The translations under genes and the position numbers were made by a program. A stretch of 54,121 nt of DNA from Candidatus Blautia gallistercoris (GTDB lineage: Bacteria; Bacillota; Clostridia; Lachnospirales; Lachnospiraceae): the NCBI GenBank assembly GCA_019114705.1, contig DXEX01000189.1:1-54121 (forward strand). The letters are read 5' to 3'. Under the pieces are notes generated by a model that saw only the letters and a list, made by a program, of their open reading frames with translations, ran no database searches and was not told the origin of the DNA. Positions 49,565 through 54,121 of this stretch are shown piece after piece (the first letter of the stretch is position 1; the number at the start of each line of letters is the position of its first letter).

Positions 49565-49876
49565 ATGGGAAAAACGATATTGGATGAAGATCTGATCTAT
49601 GAGATCCTGTCGGTAGTAGAAGAAATTCCGGAGGGACGGGTGGCTACCTATGGACAGATAGCCAGACTGATCGGAAGAGAGAAAAATTCCAGACTGGTGG
49701 GGAAAGTATTGAGTATGGCGCAGTATTATGGGGAGTATCCCTGCCACAGGGTGGTGAATCACGCCGGACGTCTGGTGCCGGGGTGGCTGGAGCAGGGCTT
49801 TCTGCTGGAGCAGGAAGGAGTTGTCCTGAAAGATTCCGGTCATGTAGATCTGAAAAAATATCAATGGGAGTGCTGA
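49565..49876 (+). CDS. Short MGMT/ATL-family O6-alkylguanine DNA repair protein
   Basis: IPEGRVATYGQIA, RLVG, PCHRVVN, LLEQEGV. Confidence 0.9.
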   Translation: MGKTILDEDLIYEILSVVEEIPEGRVATYGQIARLIGREKNSRLVGKVLSMAQYYGEYPCHRVVNHAGRLVPGWLEQGFLLEQEGVVLKDSGHVDLKKYQWEC

Positions 49877-49994
49877 ATCTCTCTAAAAAGCAAAAAATAT
49901 TTAGAGAAAATCTTCCAGAGAAAATCAAGCCCCTTTTGTTAGAATGGCAGCATGGAATGTGGACATTCAAAGATAAAGACAGGAGGAAAATAAA

Positions 49995-52289
49995 ATGATG
50001 CGAAAATGGATTGCCGTGGTTTTGATAACTGCCATGGCTGCAGGGCTCTGTGCCTGCGGACAGGGACAGGAGGAAGAACAGGAACAGCAGGCCATGGGAC
50101 GTTTTATGGAAGAAGAGCTGGAACTTCCCGATGGAATCGATCGGGTTCTGGGAATGGAGCAGCTGGATAATGGAGAGCTGCTGCTTCTGGGGGAGAGCAC
50201 AGAGACAGGAGAACGCTGTCTGGAACGTTCGGCGGATGGCGGCGATACCTGGGAGCAGGAGACTTTGCCCAAGGAGATCGGACCGGAGACTCTGAATTAC
50301 ATTATGGAAGCAGATATTTCCGGAACAGGGGAGATTCTGGTCAATACATACGATGAGAACATGTCTTCTGTGCTGTATTATGCGGACAGTGCCGGGAAGG
50401 TACAGGAAATCCGGCCTGGGCTTTCTGACGACGGACAGGAAAATGCCGGGGAGGAAAGCGGTGAGCAGTCAGAAAACACCGCTGCCATGGCCACAGAGGG
50501 AATTCAGTATGCACGTCTGGGAGAAAACGGACATATTTATGTCCAGGACTATCAGGGAAATGTGATGGAGCTGGATCCACAGACGGGAGCGGTTCTTCAG
50601 ACCCTGGTGGGTAATGGCGGCTCCTATTTCTTTGAGATTCAGGCAGGTATTTTGCTGACTCTGGAGCAGGATGGCCTTCATAAATACGAGACAGAAACAG
50701 GCCAGCCTGTGGAAGTAGACGAAGTTTTGAATAATTCTCTGGGAAAACAGGCGGCGGAAGACTACATAAACGGCGGATTGAATCAGACGGTGGCAGTAGG
50801 AACAGGGGATGAAGAAGGAAGCAGTATCTATCTGACTGTTCAGGGTCTGTACAGTTATCAGAGCGGAGGAAGTACCGTAGAACAGCTGATTAACGGGGAA
50901 CTGAATTCTCTGAGCGCGCCGCATCTGAGTTATCAGGGAGTCTGGCAGAGAGACGGGCAATACCTGGCTCTGGTGCTGGATGAGAGCAATGTGAAAAATG
51001 TTCTGTATCGCTATACGTACTCTGCAGACGTTCCCACCGTGCCGGATAAAGAACTGAAGATTTTCACGCTGGAAGATTCCGGGGAGCTGCGTCAGGCTGT
51101 GTCTCAGTATCGGAAACAGAATCCAAATGTATATGTGAATCTGGAAGTGGCCCTTTCCGGAGAAGACGGCGTGACGGCAGAAGATGCCATCCGGAGCCAG
51201 AATACCAGTCAGCTGGCGGGAACAGGGGCGGATATCCTGATCCTGGACGGCTTTCCGGTGGAAAGCTATATGGAAAAGGGAATGCTGATGGATATCAGTG
51301 ATATAGCTGACGAGATCCATGAGATTGACGGTATTTTCGAAAATATCCGGGCAGCCTATGAAACGGATGGAGCGCTGTATGCACTGCCGGCCTGGTTCTT
51401 TCTTCCAGTGGTCCTGGGAGAGCAGGAAGGTGTAGAAGCTGCGGCCGGACTGGAGAGTCTGGGAAATTATGCAGAAACTGCAGAACAGACCCAGGATGGA
51501 CAGAAGCTGTTCCCGGAAATGTCAGCGGAAAACATTCTGGAGGAGCTGTATCATGGCGTATCCGGTGACTGGCTGGAGAATGGGCAGCTGTCGGAAGAAC
51601 AGGTGAAAATCTATCTGCAGGCGGCAAAGCAGATTTACGATGCAGACCAGGAAACAGCCGGTTCAGATGAAAATTCTGCGAATTTTTATTCGAATGCTTC
51701 AGCTCAGTCGGCGATCACCGGTACAATCAGCCAGTATTGTATCAGCTGTTATTCCGGAAGCGCCAGGATGTCCTTTGGCCTGATGGGGTCTGTGATGGAT
51801 TATATGACCATGCAGGCAGTATGCAGGGGAACAGGAATGCAGTGGAGCAGCTTCGGGGACGGAGACAGCTTTGTTCCCTATCTGCTGGCCGGCATCAGCA
51901 GTAAAACCCAGATGGAGCAGGAAGCAAAAGATTTTCTGAAGATCCTCTGGGGCAGTGAAATCGGGGCGTCTATGGCTTCCGGTATTCCCATTAACCGCAG
52001 CCTGCTGGAAACCATGGAAGAAAACGTACAAAACGGAGAACTGACAGGGGGCGTGTCCATCTTCAATGCAGACGGCAGCATGTCCGTGCTGGAGCTGGAG
52101 CCGCCCACAGAGGAAGAACTGCAGCAGTTCCGGCAGGCAGCGGAGAAAGCCGGACAGGCGGAGCTGGATTCCCGGGTCATCAAAGAACTGGTCATGGAAC
52201 AGGGAAACAACTATGTGACCGGCAGTGCCGCACTGGAAGAAGCTGTTTCGGCAATCCTGCAGAAAGCCAACCTGTATTTCAGTGAATGA
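49995..52289 (+). CDS. Large acidic lipoprotein with C-terminal extracellular solute-binding-like domain
   Basis: Signal peptide with LCAC lipobox; SADGGDTW (BNR/Asp-box-like) motif; C-terminal half with NPNVYV, ADILILDG, GALYALP. Confidence 0.75.
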   Translation: MMRKWIAVVLITAMAAGLCACGQGQEEEQEQQAMGRFMEEELELPDGIDRVLGMEQLDNGELLLLGESTETGERCLERSADGGDTWEQETLPKEIGPETLNYIMEADISGTGEILVNTYDENMSSVLYYADSAGKVQEIRPGLSDDGQENAGEESGEQSENTAAMATEGIQYARLGENGHIYVQDYQGNVMELDPQTGAVLQTLVGNGGSYFFEIQAGILLTLEQDGLHKYETETGQPVEVDEVLNNSLGKQAAEDYINGGLNQTVAVGTGDEEGSSIYLTVQGLYSYQSGGSTVEQLINGELNSLSAPHLSYQGVWQRDGQYLALVLDESNVKNVLYRYTYSADVPTVPDKELKIFTLEDSGELRQAVSQYRKQNPNVYVNLEVALSGEDGVTAEDAIRSQNTSQLAGTGADILILDGFPVESYMEKGMLMDISDIADEIHEIDGIFENIRAAYETDGALYALPAWFFLPVVLGEQEGVEAAAGLESLGNYAETAEQTQDGQKLFPEMSAENILEELYHGVSGDWLENGQLSEEQVKIYLQAAKQIYDADQETAGSDENSANFYSNASAQSAITGTISQYCISCYSGSARMSFGLMGSVMDYMTMQAVCRGTGMQWSSFGDGDSFVPYLLAGISSKTQMEQEAKDFLKILWGSEIGASMASGIPINRSLLETMEENVQNGELTGGVSIFNADGSMSVLELEPPTEEELQQFRQAAEKAGQAELDSRVIKELVMEQGNNYVTGSAALEEAVSAILQKANLYFSE

Positions 52290-52415
52290 AGATACCGGCA
52301 AAGATTCATGAAAGAGCAGGATGAGCAGGTGCAGATCCTTTGTACGCTGGAGAAACCGTGAAGGAACGTATTCCTGATGGCTGCAGCGATCAGAAGGAAC
52401 GTGAGTTATGTGCAG

Positions 52416-52462
52416 AAAAGCCACAGAAAAGCAGATTAAAGTGTCTGCATTCTGTGGCTTTT
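52416..52462. terminator. Bidirectional terminator
   Basis: AAAAGCCACAGAA..GCAGA..TCTGC..TTCTGTGGCTTTT. Confidence 0.8.
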
Positions 52463-52476
52463 GTCGTTGTGTAAAG

Positions 52477-53313
52477 TTAAACAAGGCCGTTTTTGAAGGC
52501 CATCATCATTTCTTTGGTAAGGCTGATATCTTCCCCTTCGTCCGGAATCTCTTCCCTCTGGAACCACTGGGCCAGTGCCAGTTCATGTTTGTCCAGCGTG
52601 ATGGAATCCGTTCCATCCAGGTCGCAGAAGAAACCGAACAGCAAAGTGCCGGAAAAAGACCAGGGCTGGCTTTTGTAATAGCGCAGGTTTTTTACTTTCA
52701 GGCCTACTTCTTCCATGACTTCTCTGTGTACCGTTTCCTCAATGGTCTCGCCGATTTCCGCATAACCGGCAATAAGGGCATAACGTTTGTGGGCCCGTCC
52801 TTCGTATTTGGACAGCAGCAGTTTGTCTCCGTGGGTGATGCCCACGATCACAGCAGGGGAGAGAGGCGGATACTCCGGATTCTTGCAGTGAGGACAGTAC
52901 ATCATCCGTTCCGTATTTCCCAATACCATGGGTCTTCCGCAGATACCGCAGAATTTCCGCTTCTGATACCACTGGTAAAGCTGATAGCCGGTGATTCCTG
53001 CAAAAGTCAGGTAGCGGGGGCGAATTTCCCGCAGAGTTCGTATAGTTTCAAACTGGTAATCCGGCAGAAGATCCGTATTCAGGTTCGGGATCAGATAGAA
53101 ACGGTCTTTATCGATGGAAAAAAGATAAATGTAAGTTTCGTACAGATCGGTTTTCCGGCCCTCCAGTTCCTGGAAAACGGGAAGCATCATCTGTCCGTCT
53201 GTTTTTTTCATTAAGATCTCTCCCTCCCGATAAGCGAGAATATAACTTTCGGAAACCGGATCCTGTGGGGTGTATTCATTATGGTAAATATGTGGTGCAA
53301 TATCCTGTATCAT
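52477..53313 (-). CDS. nudC: NAD(H) pyrophosphatase / NAD-cap decapping Nudix hydrolase
   Basis: Zinc finger CGICG..CPHC, Nudix box GYAEIGETIEETVHREVMEEVG, SQPWSF. Confidence 0.93.
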   Translation of the reverse strand: MIQDIAPHIYHNEYTPQDPVSESYILAYREGEILMKKTDGQMMLPVFQELEGRKTDLYETYIYLFSIDKDRFYLIPNLNTDLLPDYQFETIRTLREIRPRYLTFAGITGYQLYQWYQKRKFCGICGRPMVLGNTERMMYCPHCKNPEYPPLSPAVIVGITHGDKLLLSKYEGRAHKRYALIAGYAEIGETIEETVHREVMEEVGLKVKNLRYYKSQPWSFSGTLLFGFFCDLDGTDSITLDKHELALAQWFQREEIPDEGEDISLTKEMMMAFKNGLV

Positions 53314-53383
53314 AATTTCCTCCGTATGGTATGTATTGTAAAAATAGAACAGATCTCTTACGTCTGTTCACAAAACTGATACA

Positions 53384-53412
53384 AGTATAATATTCCGGGT
53401 GGGAAAAATCAA
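53384..53412 (-). promoter_or_regulatory. sigmaA promoter of nudC
   Basis: Minus strand TTGATT-N17-TATACT. Confidence 0.65.
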
Positions 53413-53424
53413 GACAGGAACGAG

Positions 53425-53508
53425 ATAAGCCGCCTGCTTCATCGCAGACGGCTTATTTGTGTTTTTGTTTTTGAGGGGGGAGATAGAGAGTGGTTGTTCA
53501 TCTATCTG
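53425..53508 (-). ncRNA. Candidate small RNA (5' hairpin, C-rich anti-SD stretch, 3' hairpin)
   Basis: Minus strand: TATACT at 53520-53515, hairpin AGATAGA..TCTATCT, CCCCCCTC, A/C-rich linker, hairpin ATAAGCCG..CGGCTTAT. Confidence 0.35.
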
Positions 53509-53784
53509 TAAAATAGTATAGGGGAAAAATGTGAGCATTTTGTGGCGAAAGGCTAAAAGAAATCAAAAATATATAAAGAAAATCTAAAAAAAGTGGTTCT
53601 AATTTCGAAACAGCCGGAAGAGGAGGGGAGGAGCAGGAAAATTGCACAAATATATGCGGGGGAGAATTCGTTGATTATTGCCTTTGCGTTTGTCTGAAAA
53701 TTCCAATAAAATAAATATGAAATCAAAATACGGTTTTGGTTATCGCCGTATGAGAAACAATAGCAAGGATTTTGGAGGGATAGA

Positions 53785-54036
53785 ATGAAGCGGGTAAAAG
53801 CGGCATGTATCTGTCAGACTCTGCACTTCATACCAAAAGAAGGCGCAGAACCGGTGTGGGCAGCAGAACAGGTAAAGAGGGATGTGGAAACTTATAAGAA
53901 GGGTCTGGAGAGAAATCACACGAAATATAAGATCCTGGATGAATCCACCCAGGCAGACGGTACTGTGATCATGAAGATCGTGAAGCAGTACAATGCGAGT
54001 CCGGTGGGGGATTACCTGGAGACACTGGGAAAGTAA
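53785..54036 (+). CDS. Small hypothetical protein (83 aa)
   Basis: GGAGGG RBS, typical composition, followed by a terminator. Confidence 0.75.
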   Translation: MKRVKAACICQTLHFIPKEGAEPVWAAEQVKRDVETYKKGLERNHTKYKILDESTQADGTVIMKIVKQYNASPVGDYLETLGK

Positions 54037-54057
54037 AAGGATTCATACGTACAAAAG

Positions 54058-54120
54058 AAAAACAGACAGAAGGATATGGCAGAGAGAAACTCCTGTTCTT
54101 ATCTTTCTGTCTGTTTTTTT
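54058..54120 (+). terminator. Intrinsic terminator
   Basis: AAAAACAGACAGAAGGATA..TATCTTTCTGTCTGTTTTT. Confidence 0.75.
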
Positions 54121-54121
54121 A

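Overview
A 54-kb chromosomal segment from an anaerobic Firmicute; gene content and style suggest a Lachnospiraceae-like clostridium, which is an inference. It is mostly core and metabolic genes: a multidomain flavodiiron protein, rho-rpmE-DUF1385-prmC-prfA, glmM, hflX, an NrdR-controlled class III ribonucleotide reductase with a fused C-terminal redoxin, a symporter/phenylacetate-CoA ligase/ACT group, a BceRS-AB-type resistance module, azlCD, a monofunctional transglycosylase, a second two-component system, tRNA-Ala(GGC), glgP-malQ, a YtrA-type ABC operon, a short MGMT protein, an orphan solute-binding lipoprotein and nudC. No integrase, transposase, prophage, cas gene or CRISPR array was seen. 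Four observations stand out. (1) A self-contained sigma-54 catabolic module (activator, three upstream binding sites, -24/-12 promoter, dpaL, YgeY-like hydrolase, Na+ symporter, D-aminoacylase-like enzyme, ridA, convergent rpoN) looks like a pathway for an N-substituted diaminopropionate without the upper purine-degradation genes. (2) The bceA-type promoter architecture recurs with identical spacing 14.4 kb away, in front of the transglycosylase. (3) NrdD carries its own CPNC redoxin domain. (4) There are two candidate non-coding RNAs: a structured glgP leader and an anti-Shine-Dalgarno sRNA near nudC. Start codons were adjusted by eye to RBS-supported positions; no database searches were run.
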